From Alphaproteobacteria bacterium (GTDB lineage Bacteria; Pseudomonadota; Alphaproteobacteria; SP197): a DNA stretch of 64,000 nucleotides. Shown here one piece after another: positions 39,334 to 48,895 of the stretch (the stretch's first letter is position 1; each line of letters starts with the position of its first letter). Under the pieces are notes generated by a model, which did no database searches, was not told the DNA's origin, and saw nothing but the letters and a program-made list of their open reading frames with translations. The stretch is from positions 992,001 through 1,056,000 of the forward strand of contig OZ219920.1 in the NCBI GenBank assembly GCA_964291415.2, given 5' to 3'. Both the position numbers and the translations under genes were made by a program.

Positions 39334-39993
39334 ATGAAACAGGCGGAAAAGGCACTGCGCCGCGAGATCGTTGAAAGCTGCCGCGAGATGAACGCCAAGG
39401 GCATCAACCAGGGGACATCGGGTAACATCTCGGCGGTCTTCGAGGACCGCATGCTCGTGACGCCCTCGGCGGTCCCTTACGACGATCTCGAACCGGAGAT
39501 GATCGCCTCGTTTCCGCTCGATGGCGGCGGGAAATGGGACGGTCCCAGGCGGCCTTCCACGGAGTGGCGCTTTCACTTCGACCTGCTGCGGGCGCGAAGC
39601 GACGCCGGGGCCGTGGTTCACGCCCACCCGACCTACTGCACGGCGCTCGCCATCGCCCGAAAGCCCATTCCGTCCTGCCACTACATGATCGCCGCCTTCG
39701 GTGGCAACGATGTGCGTTGTTCAGGCTATGCCACCTTCGGAACGCAAAAGCTCTCTGATCTCGCCCTCGAGGCCATCAAGGACCGCACCGCCTGCCTGCT
39801 CGCCAATCACGGCATGATCGCCCTTGGCGACACACTCGCCAAGGCCATGTGGCGCGCCGTCGAACTCGAGACCATTGCCCGGCAGTACTACCTCACCCTG
39901 CAGATCGGTGGACCGGTGTTGTTGAGCGACGCCGCCATCGCCCGCACCGCAAGGGGATTCGCCACCTACGGCCTCGCCGAAGAGGATGACTGA
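39334..39993 (+). CDS. Class II aldolase (L-fuculose-phosphate aldolase-like)
   Basis: GTSGNIS, TPS, PSTEWRFH, VVHAH, LLANHG. Confidence 0.92.
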   Translation: MKQAEKALRREIVESCREMNAKGINQGTSGNISAVFEDRMLVTPSAVPYDDLEPEMIASFPLDGGGKWDGPRRPSTEWRFHFDLLRARSDAGAVVHAHPTYCTALAIARKPIPSCHYMIAAFGGNDVRCSGYATFGTQKLSDLALEAIKDRTACLLANHGMIALGDTLAKAMWRAVELETIARQYYLTLQIGGPVLLSDAAIARTARGFATYGLAEEDD

Positions 39994-40098
39994 CGCGAGC
40001 GCTTCCGCGACACGCCGGCTCACCCGATCGAACGGGACCTGAACCTGCTCCCTTGAGCCGTCCCGCGACACGCGGCATTGACGCAGGCGGAGAGGTCG

Positions 40099-40290
40099 GG
40101 AATCGAGGACTTCTTCCTGGCGGCAGGCGATGTGGTCGTTCAGACCGTCGACGATGCCGGAATCAATGGGCGGCGTCTGGCACTCCTTCCACAGCCGGTG
40201 GGGCCTGTCGGCCGTTTCCAGAGCTCCGGAGTCGCTCGAGTTCTCGAAGTTCCTCCAGTCCGACGGCAGGAAACTATGGAAGGTCGTCTC
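40099..40290 (-). repeat. Degenerate duplicate of the mttB 3' end (second copy at 43668-43872)
   Basis: Encodes SDWRNFENSSDSGALETADRPHRLWK-ECQTPPIDSGIVDGLNDHI vs SDWRNFENWNDSGAVETAERAHRLWKRMLKEYQAPPIDPGIADGLNDYI. Confidence 0.9.
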
Positions 40291-40291
40291 C

Positions 40292-40413
40292 GGGATGACG
40301 CGGTTGAGACCCGCCTTGGGCCGCACGTGACGTCCCGGCTCCTCCTTCGTGCCCCTGGCGCTGCGGGTCATGTTGCGGACCTTCAGATCCTCGACCCCGG
40401 CATCCCTCCTTGC
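40292..40413 (-). mobile_element. IS200/IS605-family TnpB fragment
   Basis: VEDLKVRNMTRSARGTKEEPGRHVRPKAGLNRVI, the typical TnpB RuvC-II segment. Confidence 0.8.
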
Positions 40414-40616
40414 GCTTGAGGACCGCGCTCACCGACTATCCTCTTGATCAATGCTGCTTCGTGCTCGACGGCACGATGACCATCACCGACGAACGCGGCC
40501 ATACTGAGACCTGTACGTCGGGCGAGGCATTCGTCATCGCGCGCGGTTTCAACGGCCCCTTCAGAATGACAGGGAACTTCAAGAATCACTTCACAACTGT
40601 GGAACCCGAGCGATGA
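40410..40616 (+). pseudogene. 5'-truncated cupin (DUF861/EutQ-like) fragment
   Basis: YPLDQCCFVLDGTMTITDERGHTET..GEAFVIARGF.G. Confidence 0.65.
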
Positions 40617-40653
40617 TGTTCGGACACCCGGCGCCAACCATGGGAACCAGGGA

Positions 40654-40953
40654 ATGTACGAAATCGATCCAACACGCACCGACCTGATCGAGGAATTCGA
40701 TCGAAATCCAGGTGGACCCTACGGTCCGGAGCTGACCCTGGTGGTCAATCGTCTGCGCCTGATGCCGATGGAAGACCGCACGATCATCGTCTGCACCAGG
40801 CGCGGAGTCGAGTGGACCCTGGCCAGGATGCCGAAGGCCCGCGGGGACAAGCTGGACTACTACGACGACCTGGTGTTCGACGACTACGCCGCCGCCGCAA
40901 GAAAGGTCTTCCGCATGCGCTGGCAGGCGGTCACCGGCGTTGCGCCCGACTAG
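40654..40953 (+). CDS. N,N-dimethylformamidase small subunit-like protein
   Basis: LIEEFDRNPGGPYGPEL..VNRLR, VFRMRW; immediately upstream of the large subunit. Confidence 0.75.
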   Translation: MYEIDPTRTDLIEEFDRNPGGPYGPELTLVVNRLRLMPMEDRTIIVCTRRGVEWTLARMPKARGDKLDYYDDLVFDDYAAAARKVFRMRWQAVTGVAPD

Positions 40954-40966
40954 GGAGGATCAGGGG

Positions 40967-43207
40967 ATGAAGAAGATCATGGGATACTGCAATCCCTGGA
41001 CCGTCATGCCGGGCGATACGCTCGATGTCATGGTCAGCACCTACGGCCCTGCTCGCTATCGCGCCGACCTGGTGCGGGTGATCTGCGGCAACGACGATCC
41101 CGACCTCGACATCTATCGCGAAGAGGAGATCGCGGCGCCCTTTGCCGGCGAGTATCCCGGTCGCGAGCAGAAGACCGTTGCCGGATCCTATGCGACCATT
41201 CCCTCGAGCCCGCTGGTAACGGGACTGGGCAGCTTCACGGTCCAGACCTGGGTTTTTCCCACGACCCCCGAAAAGGGCGCCCAGGGCCTGATCTCGAATT
41301 GGGACGGCGCCACGGCCAGTGGATTCGCCCTGGCCATCGACGACAGCGGCGCTGCGGCCATGCGGCTCGGCGACGGCACCGGCGGGTCCGTTGAAGTCAC
41401 CACCGGCAGGCCGCTGGCGGCGCGGCGCTGGCATCTGGTCTCCGCCGCCTATGATGCGGCGGCAGCAACGCTGACCGTCTCCCAGGACTTCATCGGCCCG
41501 CAGTTCGAAGCCAGCACCAGCGCCAGCACCAGCAGCGCCGTCGACTTCACACCCGCCATGGGCAGCGACCGGCCACTGATCATGGCGGCGATGCCGGCGA
41601 CCCATCCGGCGGGCCGGCCCGGCGCCAGCCACTTCTTCAACGGCAAGCTCGACCGGCCGCGCCTGGTCGGTCGTGCGTTGGACATGGCCGACAGCGTTGC
41701 CATGGGCTGGAACGCCATGCCCCACAAACTCGACGCATCGGTGATCGCGGCGTGGGATTTCTCCCGCGAAATCGGCGACGTCACGATTGTCGACGCCGGC
41801 CCCAACAGCCTTCACGGTCGGGTGGTCAACCTGCCGTCGCGCGCGGTCAAGGGCTTCAACTGGAGCGGCAATGAGCAGAACTGGCGTCACGCGCCCGAGG
41901 AATACGGCGCCATCCACTTCCACGACGACGACCTCTACGACGCAGAATGGGACACCGACTTCACCTACGAGGTCCCGGCAGACCTGCGCAGCGGCGTCTA
42001 CGCGGTGCGCCTGCGGGCCGACGACGACGAATGGTACCTGACCTTCTATGTCCGCCCGCCGCGCGGCACCACCACGGCCAGGCTCGCCTTCCTGGCGTCG
42101 ACGGCCACCTACATGGCCTATTCCAACATCCAGTGGACGTGGCAGGAGCCCTTCGGCGAAGTGACCGAATGCTACTGGACGACCATGCAACCGGGGGAAG
42201 TCTTCCTCCAGGAGCACCCGGAATACGGACTGTCGACCTACGACGACCACTCCGACGGCAGTGGCGTGCGGTATGCCTCGCGCCTGCGACCGGTGAGCCA
42301 GGTGGGCCCCAAGACGGATCCGGTTTGGAACATCAATGCCGACACCCACATCATTGGCTGGCTCGAAGAGAAAGGCATCGAGTACGACGTCATAACCGAC
42401 GAAGACCTGCACGACGAAGGCGTCGCGGTGCTTGAGCCGTACAGCGCCGTGATCACCGGCGCCCATCCCGAGTACTACACCACGCCCATGTGGGACGGCC
42501 TGCAGACCTATCTGGCGCGGGGTGGTCGCATGGCCTATCTCGGCGGCAACGGCTTCATCTGGCGTTGTGCCATGTCGGACGCCATGCCAGGCGTGGTCGA
42601 GTTGCGCCGGGCAGAGGACGGCATCCGCTATCGCAGCGAGGAGCCGGGCGAATACTATCTGGAGTTCAACGGCGAGTATGGTGGCCTGTGGCGCCGTCTC
42701 GGCACGTCGCCCCAGGCACTTTGCGGGGTCGGCACGGTCGCGGTCGGCTTCGATGTCTCGGGCTACTACGTACGCAAGGAAGGGAGCTTCGATGCCCGCG
42801 CCCGGTTCATCTTCGAGGGCATTGGCGACGACGAGGTCATTGGCAATTTTGGTTTCTTCGCCGGCGGAGCAAGCGGCAGCGAGATCGACGCGGTTGACCC
42901 CGTGCTCGGCACTCCGCCCCACACGCTGATCCTGGCGTCCTCGGAAGGTCATTCAAGTAACACGCTGATCGTGCCCGATGAAATCGGTTTCACTCATACC
43001 GTCATGGACGGCGTCCAGAACCCCAACGTGCGCGCCGACATGACGTTCTTCGAAACGCCCGGCGGCGGCGCGGTGTTCTCCGTGGGCTCCATCGCCTGGC
43101 CGGGCAGCCTGCCGCACAACGGCTATGACAACAACGTGTCGCGGATCTGCGAGAACGTGCTGCGCCGCTTCATGGACGACACCCCGTTTGCCATGCCCGA
43201 CGGGTGA
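40967..43207 (+). CDS. N,N-dimethylformamidase large (beta) subunit family protein
   Basis: LamG-like domain, HFHDDDL, TYMAYSN, GLSTYDDHSDG, GAHPEY, YLGGNGF, GGAVFSVGSI. Confidence 0.92.
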   Translation: MKKIMGYCNPWTVMPGDTLDVMVSTYGPARYRADLVRVICGNDDPDLDIYREEEIAAPFAGEYPGREQKTVAGSYATIPSSPLVTGLGSFTVQTWVFPTTPEKGAQGLISNWDGATASGFALAIDDSGAAAMRLGDGTGGSVEVTTGRPLAARRWHLVSAAYDAAAATLTVSQDFIGPQFEASTSASTSSAVDFTPAMGSDRPLIMAAMPATHPAGRPGASHFFNGKLDRPRLVGRALDMADSVAMGWNAMPHKLDASVIAAWDFSREIGDVTIVDAGPNSLHGRVVNLPSRAVKGFNWSGNEQNWRHAPEEYGAIHFHDDDLYDAEWDTDFTYEVPADLRSGVYAVRLRADDDEWYLTFYVRPPRGTTTARLAFLASTATYMAYSNIQWTWQEPFGEVTECYWTTMQPGEVFLQEHPEYGLSTYDDHSDGSGVRYASRLRPVSQVGPKTDPVWNINADTHIIGWLEEKGIEYDVITDEDLHDEGVAVLEPYSAVITGAHPEYYTTPMWDGLQTYLARGGRMAYLGGNGFIWRCAMSDAMPGVVELRRAEDGIRYRSEEPGEYYLEFNGEYGGLWRRLGTSPQALCGVGTVAVGFDVSGYYVRKEGSFDARARFIFEGIGDDEVIGNFGFFAGGASGSEIDAVDPVLGTPPHTLILASSEGHSSNTLIVPDEIGFTHTVMDGVQNPNVRADMTFFETPGGGAVFSVGSIAWPGSLPHNGYDNNVSRICENVLRRFMDDTPFAMPDG

Positions 43208-43665
43208 CATCGAGTCACCCTCCTGTTTGGCCTTGCCGACACGCTGACCGGTCCCGGGCGGAGGAACAACCGGTCGACGCGAACCGACCAGGCCAAGAAC
43301 TTCGCCCGCGAGCGGTTCCCGGCCTGGGCCCGCGAGAACTGGTCTGTGGCCCCGGCATCTCCGGTGCTGACGGCCAATGCCTGAGTCCACGCCAGACCGG
43401 ACTTATGACAGTCATGGCGCACTATGGGGCTCGGTGCGAATAGGCTGAAACGCCCGTCGGCCGGACCGGCTCGTTCAGGCGGGACAGCCATTGGCGCTCG
43501 CGCAGCGAGTTCCTTGTCCGGGTCGGGTCCGGGGCCGCGGTGAGGTTTCGCGCGAACGAAGCCCGGCGGCGGACTTTCGGCAACTCACCTGGCTCCGGAA
43601 TGGCTGGCTGCGTTCGGTCCCGGCAACGTGAGCCCGTCTCAGACGCGGTGCATCCAGGAGGGGAA

Positions 43666-45189
43666 TCAGGATCCCAGGATCTCTTCCTTGCGGCGGGCGA
43701 TGTAGTCGTTCAGGCCGTCGGCGATGCCGGGATCGATGGGCGGCGCCTGGTACTCCTTCAGCATGCGCTTCCACAGGCGGTGGGCCCTTTCGGCCGTTTC
43801 CACGGCTCCGGAGTCGTTCCAGTTCTCGAAGTTCCGCCAGTCTGACAGCAAGGGGCTGTAGAAGGCCGTTTCGTAGCGCGCCAGGGTGTGGCGGGCACCG
43901 AAGTAGTGGCCTCCGGGCTGCACTTCGGCGATGGCATCAAACCCCAGACTGTCGTCGTCGACCCGGATTCCCTCAAGGTAGACGGCCATCATCTGCAGCA
44001 TCTCCGCATCGATGACGAGCTTCTCGAAACTGCCGACGAGACCGCCCTCGAGCCAGCCGGCGCCATGAAAGAGGAGGTTCGCATGGCCCATGATGGCCCC
44101 CCACAGGGACATCATGCTCTCGTAGGCAGCCTGGGCATCGGGAGCGTTCGAGGCATTGGTGTTGCTCGACCGGTAGGGCACGCGGTAACGCCGTGTCAGT
44201 TGTCCGGTGGCCTGGCAGGCGAGGACATACTCCGGGGTGCCGAATGCCGGGGCGCCCGTCTTCATGTCGACGTTGCTGGTGAAGCCGCCATAGAGACCGG
44301 GAGCCCCGGGCCTGACGATCTGGATCAGGGCGAGGCCGAAGAGCGCTTCCGCGTTCTGCTGCACCAGGGCACCGGCCACGGTCGCAGGCGCCATGGCGCC
44401 GCACAGCGTGAAGGGAGTCACCACCACCGGCTGGTTGGCGCGGGCGAGGGTGATCAGCCCCTGGGCCATGGAACCGTCAAGCTGACGAGGAGAGTTGGTG
44501 TTGATGTTGCCGAGGACGCAGGGCGTGGTCTCAAGATCCCGTTCGTCGAGGCCGAGGGCGATCTTGGCCAGCTCGATGCCGTCGCGCGCGCGCTCCCCAC
44601 CCAGCAGGTTCACCGGGACCGCCTTGTCACCATAGAGAAACCCCGCCAGACCGTGATCGAGATGACGCGTCTCGGCCGGCAGATCGAGAGAGGCGAAGGC
44701 GCCGACCCCCATCATGTGAATGACGTCGAACATCTGTTCGAGCTTCACGAAGTCGCAGAACTCGGCATAGGTCCCGGCGCGCCGCCCACGGTCGAGATCG
44801 CTGGTGAAGGCCGGCCCGGCGACCGGTGTAAAGTTGATGGCGTTGCCACCCACCACGATGTTGCGCGCCGGATTGCGCGCATGGAGGGTGAAGACGGATG
44901 GTGTGGTGGTGATCGCCTCCTCCACCAGGCCAGGCTCCATGAAAACCATCTCCGCGGTCTCGTCCACGCGCGCCCCTGCCTCTTTGAGAAGACTGCGGGT
45001 CTCGCCATCGAGAACCTTCATGCCGAGTTCGTCGAGAACCCGAAGCGAGGTTCGGTGAATGGCCTCGACCTCGTCGTCCGAGAGCGGCGAGATGGGCGGG
45101 AAGGGATTGCGCACCTGGCGCCATGACAGGAGGTGAAGCGCCTGGCGCTCGCTGCCGAGACCGGCTCGGCTCCTGCGTCGACGCGCCAT
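43666..45189 (-). CDS. Trimethylamine methyltransferase (MttB) family, non-pyrrolysine
   Basis: INTNSP, GAMAPATVAG, VDMKTGAPAFGTPE, PDAQAAYE, HGAGWLEGG, DWRNFE; no in-frame TAG. Confidence 0.93.
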   Translation of the reverse strand: MARRRRSRAGLGSERQALHLLSWRQVRNPFPPISPLSDDEVEAIHRTSLRVLDELGMKVLDGETRSLLKEAGARVDETAEMVFMEPGLVEEAITTTPSVFTLHARNPARNIVVGGNAINFTPVAGPAFTSDLDRGRRAGTYAEFCDFVKLEQMFDVIHMMGVGAFASLDLPAETRHLDHGLAGFLYGDKAVPVNLLGGERARDGIELAKIALGLDERDLETTPCVLGNINTNSPRQLDGSMAQGLITLARANQPVVVTPFTLCGAMAPATVAGALVQQNAEALFGLALIQIVRPGAPGLYGGFTSNVDMKTGAPAFGTPEYVLACQATGQLTRRYRVPYRSSNTNASNAPDAQAAYESMMSLWGAIMGHANLLFHGAGWLEGGLVGSFEKLVIDAEMLQMMAVYLEGIRVDDDSLGFDAIAEVQPGGHYFGARHTLARYETAFYSPLLSDWRNFENWNDSGAVETAERAHRLWKRMLKEYQAPPIDPGIADGLNDYIARRKEEILGS

Positions 45190-45317
45190 CGCCCTTTCCT
45201 TTCTCCACACCCGCCGCGGTTATACCCCAGGTTGCTGTGAGGCGATCGCACTTTTGCGATTGACACCCCCGGTGATCGTCCGTTCCATGCCGATCACGTG
45301 ACGGGGACGGTTCGACA

Positions 45318-46568
45318 ATGCTCCAGTCTTCTGCAGACAGTCAGTATCTTGCCCGCAACACGCCGGGAATCGCGCAGCACGATGCCGAGCCGCAGATCAA
45401 TGTTCCGGGGATGCGCCTCTACCGCCTTGGCAGGGTTCAGCAGATGCTGAAGGAACGCTCTCTCGCGGGTGTGCTTCTCTACGATCCCATCAATGTTCGT
45501 TACGCCAACGGCTCCAGCAACATGCAGGTCTGGATCCTGCACAATCAGCACCGGTACTGCTGGGTCCCGGCCGAAGGAGGAACCGTTCTCTTCGACTATC
45601 CGCCGGCCGTTCACCTGTCAGAACACCTCGAGACCATCCGCGAGATCCGTCCGGCCCGCACCTGGACCTACTTTGGCGCCGGCGACAACTACCGGGAGAG
45701 AGTCCGCCTGTGGGCGGACGAACTCGTCGATGTCATCCGCGAGACATCCGGCGGCGACCTCGCCGTGGCCGCCGACCATCTCGACCCTTCTGGCGCCCGG
45801 GCGCTCGAGGAGAGGGGATGCACCATCGCCAACGGACAGGAAGTCATGGAGCGCGCCCGGTCCATCAAGTCCGACGACGAGATCCAGGCGATGCTTGTTT
45901 CCATCTCGGTGTGCGAGGCCGGGATGGCGAAGATGCAGGAGAACCTTCGCGCCGGGATCACGGAGAACCAGCTGTGGTCGCATCTCCACCAGGTGAACAT
46001 CGCCATGGGTGGCGAATGGATCGAGACCCGTCTTCTGGCTTCCGGCGGGCGGACGAATCCGTGGTTCAGGGAGTGCAGCGATCGAATCATCCGGGCCGGA
46101 GAGCTGGTGGCCTTCGACACCGATCTCATCGGACCCTTCGGCTACTGTTCGGATATCTCGCGCACCTGGTACTGCGGTCCCGGCAAGCCGACGGACGAAC
46201 AGCGGCGGCTCTACGCCTATGCCCATGAGCAGATCGAGACCAACATTCAGGAAATGCGTCCGGGCCGGACCTTCCGGGACATTGCCGAATCGTCCTGGCG
46301 TGTTCCGAACGAATTCATGGCGCGCCGCTACGGCTCCATGGCGCACGGTGTCGGCATGGCCGACGAGTGGCCGGGACTGACGTTTTCCGACAAGGCCGAC
46401 AAGGCCATGCCCGGTGTTCTCGAGGAGAACATGACCATTTGTGTCGAGAGCTACATCGGCGCCGAGGACGGCAATGAAGGCGTGAAACTCGAGGAGCAGA
46501 TCCTGGTGACCCCGTCAGGTCCCCAGCGCCTTTCCACATACCCCTTCGACGACGCGTTGCTCGGCTGA
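45318..46568 (+). CDS. M24 family DMSP lyase DddP-like protein (copy 1)
   Basis: DPINVRYA..NMQVW, GGEWIETRLLASG.RTNPWF, FDTDLIG, DISRTW, HGVGMADEWP, VKLEEQ. Confidence 0.82.
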   Translation: MLQSSADSQYLARNTPGIAQHDAEPQINVPGMRLYRLGRVQQMLKERSLAGVLLYDPINVRYANGSSNMQVWILHNQHRYCWVPAEGGTVLFDYPPAVHLSEHLETIREIRPARTWTYFGAGDNYRERVRLWADELVDVIRETSGGDLAVAADHLDPSGARALEERGCTIANGQEVMERARSIKSDDEIQAMLVSISVCEAGMAKMQENLRAGITENQLWSHLHQVNIAMGGEWIETRLLASGGRTNPWFRECSDRIIRAGELVAFDTDLIGPFGYCSDISRTWYCGPGKPTDEQRRLYAYAHEQIETNIQEMRPGRTFRDIAESSWRVPNEFMARRYGSMAHGVGMADEWPGLTFSDKADKAMPGVLEENMTICVESYIGAEDGNEGVKLEEQILVTPSGPQRLSTYPFDDALLG

Positions 46569-46580
46569 CGGGAGAGTGAC

Positions 46581-47816
46581 ATGAACGATACATTCAGCCT
46601 GGCGCGCAACACCCGTGGCGTTGCCCAGCACGACGCCGAGCCGCAGATCGACATCCGCCGCATGCGCGCCTGGCGCCTGGGCAGGATCCAGGGCGAGCTT
46701 CGCCGCCTCGACCTGGGCGGCATCATTCTCTACGACCCGGTGAACATCCGCTACGCCACCGGCACCAGCAACATGCAGGTGTGGTTCACCCACAATCCGA
46801 TCCGCTATTGCTTCGTTCCGGCCGAGGGCAAGGCTGTCCTCTTCGACTACGAGAAGTCGATGCATCTCTACCGGCACATGGAGACCATCGGCGAGATCAG
46901 GCCGGCTCTGGGCTACATCTACATGGTGGCATCGGAGAACATCGAGGCACGGGTGAAGGCCTGGGCCGAGGATATCGATTCGGTGATGCGCGCCTATGGG
47001 ACCGGTCGGCGCATCGCCGGCGACCGGCTCGACTTCGAGGGCGCCAATGCCCTCCAGGAGATGGGATACGAGATCGCCAGTGGTACGCGCGTGACGGAAC
47101 GCGCCAGGGTGATCAAGTCCGATGACGAAATCGAGGCCATGCTTGTTTCCATCTCCGTCTGCGAGGCGGCCATGGCAAGGATGCGCGAGGAACTGCGTGC
47201 CGGCATCAGCGAGACGGCGCTGTGGTCCATTCTCCATCAGGTGAACATCGAACTCGGAGGCGAGTGGATCGAAACCCGGCTTCTCGCATCCGGGGGCAGG
47301 ACCAATCCATGGTTCCGCGAGGCCTCGAGTCGGGTGATCCGGGCTGGCGAACTCGTTGGTCTCGACACCGACCTCGTCGGCCCCTTCGGTTATTGTGCGG
47401 ACATCAGCCGCACCTGGTTCTGTGGTCCGGGACGACCGACGGACGAGCAGCGCAGGCTCTATTCGCTTGCCCACGAGCAGGTCCAGTTCAACATCGACAT
47501 TCTCGAACCGGGCATGAGTTTCGTCGAGGCCGCCGAGAAGTCGTGGCCCGTCCCGGAGGAGTTCCAGGCCCGGAGGTACGGCATCGCCGCCCACGGGGTC
47601 GGTCTTGTCGACGAGTATCCGTCAATCTCCTTCGCGGACACGCCGCAGCGCTCCTCGACCGGCGTCATCGAACCTGGCATGACACTGTGTGTCGAGAGCT
47701 ACATCGGCGCCGAAGACGGCATCGAGGGCGTCAAGCTCGAGGAACAGGTTCTCGTGACCGACACCGGCGTCCAGCGCCTGTCGAGCTTCCCCTACGAGGA
47801 CGCTCTGCTGGCATAG
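46581..47816 (+). CDS. M24 family DMSP lyase DddP-like protein (copy 2)
   Basis: Same motifs as copy 1; tandem paralogue. Confidence 0.82.
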   Translation: MNDTFSLARNTRGVAQHDAEPQIDIRRMRAWRLGRIQGELRRLDLGGIILYDPVNIRYATGTSNMQVWFTHNPIRYCFVPAEGKAVLFDYEKSMHLYRHMETIGEIRPALGYIYMVASENIEARVKAWAEDIDSVMRAYGTGRRIAGDRLDFEGANALQEMGYEIASGTRVTERARVIKSDDEIEAMLVSISVCEAAMARMREELRAGISETALWSILHQVNIELGGEWIETRLLASGGRTNPWFREASSRVIRAGELVGLDTDLVGPFGYCADISRTWFCGPGRPTDEQRRLYSLAHEQVQFNIDILEPGMSFVEAAEKSWPVPEEFQARRYGIAAHGVGLVDEYPSISFADTPQRSSTGVIEPGMTLCVESYIGAEDGIEGVKLEEQVLVTDTGVQRLSSFPYEDALLA

Positions 47817-47856
47817 CGTCCGCGCTCAGGTGCTTTCGGGGAAGGACGGGCGGAAA

Positions 47857-48747
47857 TCAGCCGGTTCGGGACGTTGCCGTCCGATTCACGAAGACTTCGG
47901 TGAGTGCTGATGAGCAGACGAGAGCGAAGCCGGTGGCCTCTCGCCAGCCGAAGGGCTCGGCGGTCAGGATCCCGGCGCTGGCGATTCCAACCACGACTTC
48001 AATCTGCAGAAGAATTCCCACCCTGGCGGGATCGAGGTGCTGACAGGCATAGAGCTGCATGAACATGATCGGTATCAGGAACACCGCGGCAATCACGAAG
48101 AGCCATGGCAGGGCGTTGAGAGCCGTTTCGGCCTGGGGAAGGATGCCCAGTCCGGTCGCCGGAACCAGGGCCAGGGCGAGCGCGATGACCGAGCCGTAGA
48201 GGAAGAAGGAGAGAACATTCTCGAAGTGACTCGCTTCGGGATCCATGCGGACCCTGGTGGAGCCCCAGGCCCAGAAGATGCCGGCGACGATGGCCATCCA
48301 GTCACCGGCATTGCGGGGGAGGGGCACACCGCCCTCATCGGCCAGCAGGACGAGGATTCCGGCAAAGCCGAGAACGATGGCCGAGACCCGGGCCAGGGTA
48401 AGCCGTCGCTTGAGGAGCCAGATCTCCAGCACCATGCTCCAGGCTGGAGACACGTAGAAGAGAATGAGCGCCCGTGACACCTCGGTGAGCAGCAGGCTGT
48501 CGGCGTAGAGCGCGAAGGCGCCACCGGTGAAGAGGCCCGTGTGCCAGCGCGACAGACCCGATGGCCGGCCCCGCGCCATGAGGAACACCGCCACGGGCGC
48601 CATGATCACCACCGGCATCAGAAACTGGCCGGTCACGGTGGCCCCGGCCGGAAGACCGGTTGCTTCCAGAGCACGCAGGGGTATCCAGAACAGCCCCCAG
48701 ACGGCCGCAGAGACGGCAAGGAAAATGACGGGAAGAGTGGTCGTCAA
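47857..48747 (-). CDS. DMT/EamA family transporter
   Basis: About 10 hydrophobic helices, [20 protein letters not shown]; start codon uncertain. Confidence 0.85.
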   Translation of the reverse strand: MTTTLPVIFLAVSAAVWGLFWIPLRALEATGLPAGATVTGQFLMPVVIMAPVAVFLMARGRPSGLSRWHTGLFTGGAFALYADSLLLTEVSRALILFYVSPAWSMVLEIWLLKRRLTLARVSAIVLGFAGILVLLADEGGVPLPRNAGDWMAIVAGIFWAWGSTRVRMDPEASHFENVLSFFLYGSVIALALALVPATGLGILPQAETALNALPWLFVIAAVFLIPIMFMQLYACQHLDPARVGILLQIEVVVGIASAGILTAEPFGWREATGFALVCSSALTEVFVNRTATSRTG

Positions 48748-48895
48748 GGGAGTGAACAGACCGGGCGAGGCGCACCGATCCTCGCCCGGCAGCCGGTGCA
48801 CCGTCAATCCGCAGCGTGTCATCGGGGACGTGACAATCGCAGGAAGCGAACCTAGTCTCCGCCTCGAATTGGCATCAATCTCCAGGGAGTACCTC

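Noticed and set aside
40005-40073. 11-bp direct repeat CCGCGACACGC (40005 and 40063)
   Set aside because: Only two short GC-rich copies; not a CRISPR array and plausibly chance
43208-43665. Possible transposase fragment (DQAKNFARERFPAWARENWSVAPA) or small ORF between the DMFase gene and mttB
   Set aside because: Resemblance too weak to support; no terminal repeats identified
43666-45189. Pyrrolysine recoding in MttB
   Set aside because: The ORF is open with no in-frame TAG, and no pyl genes are present
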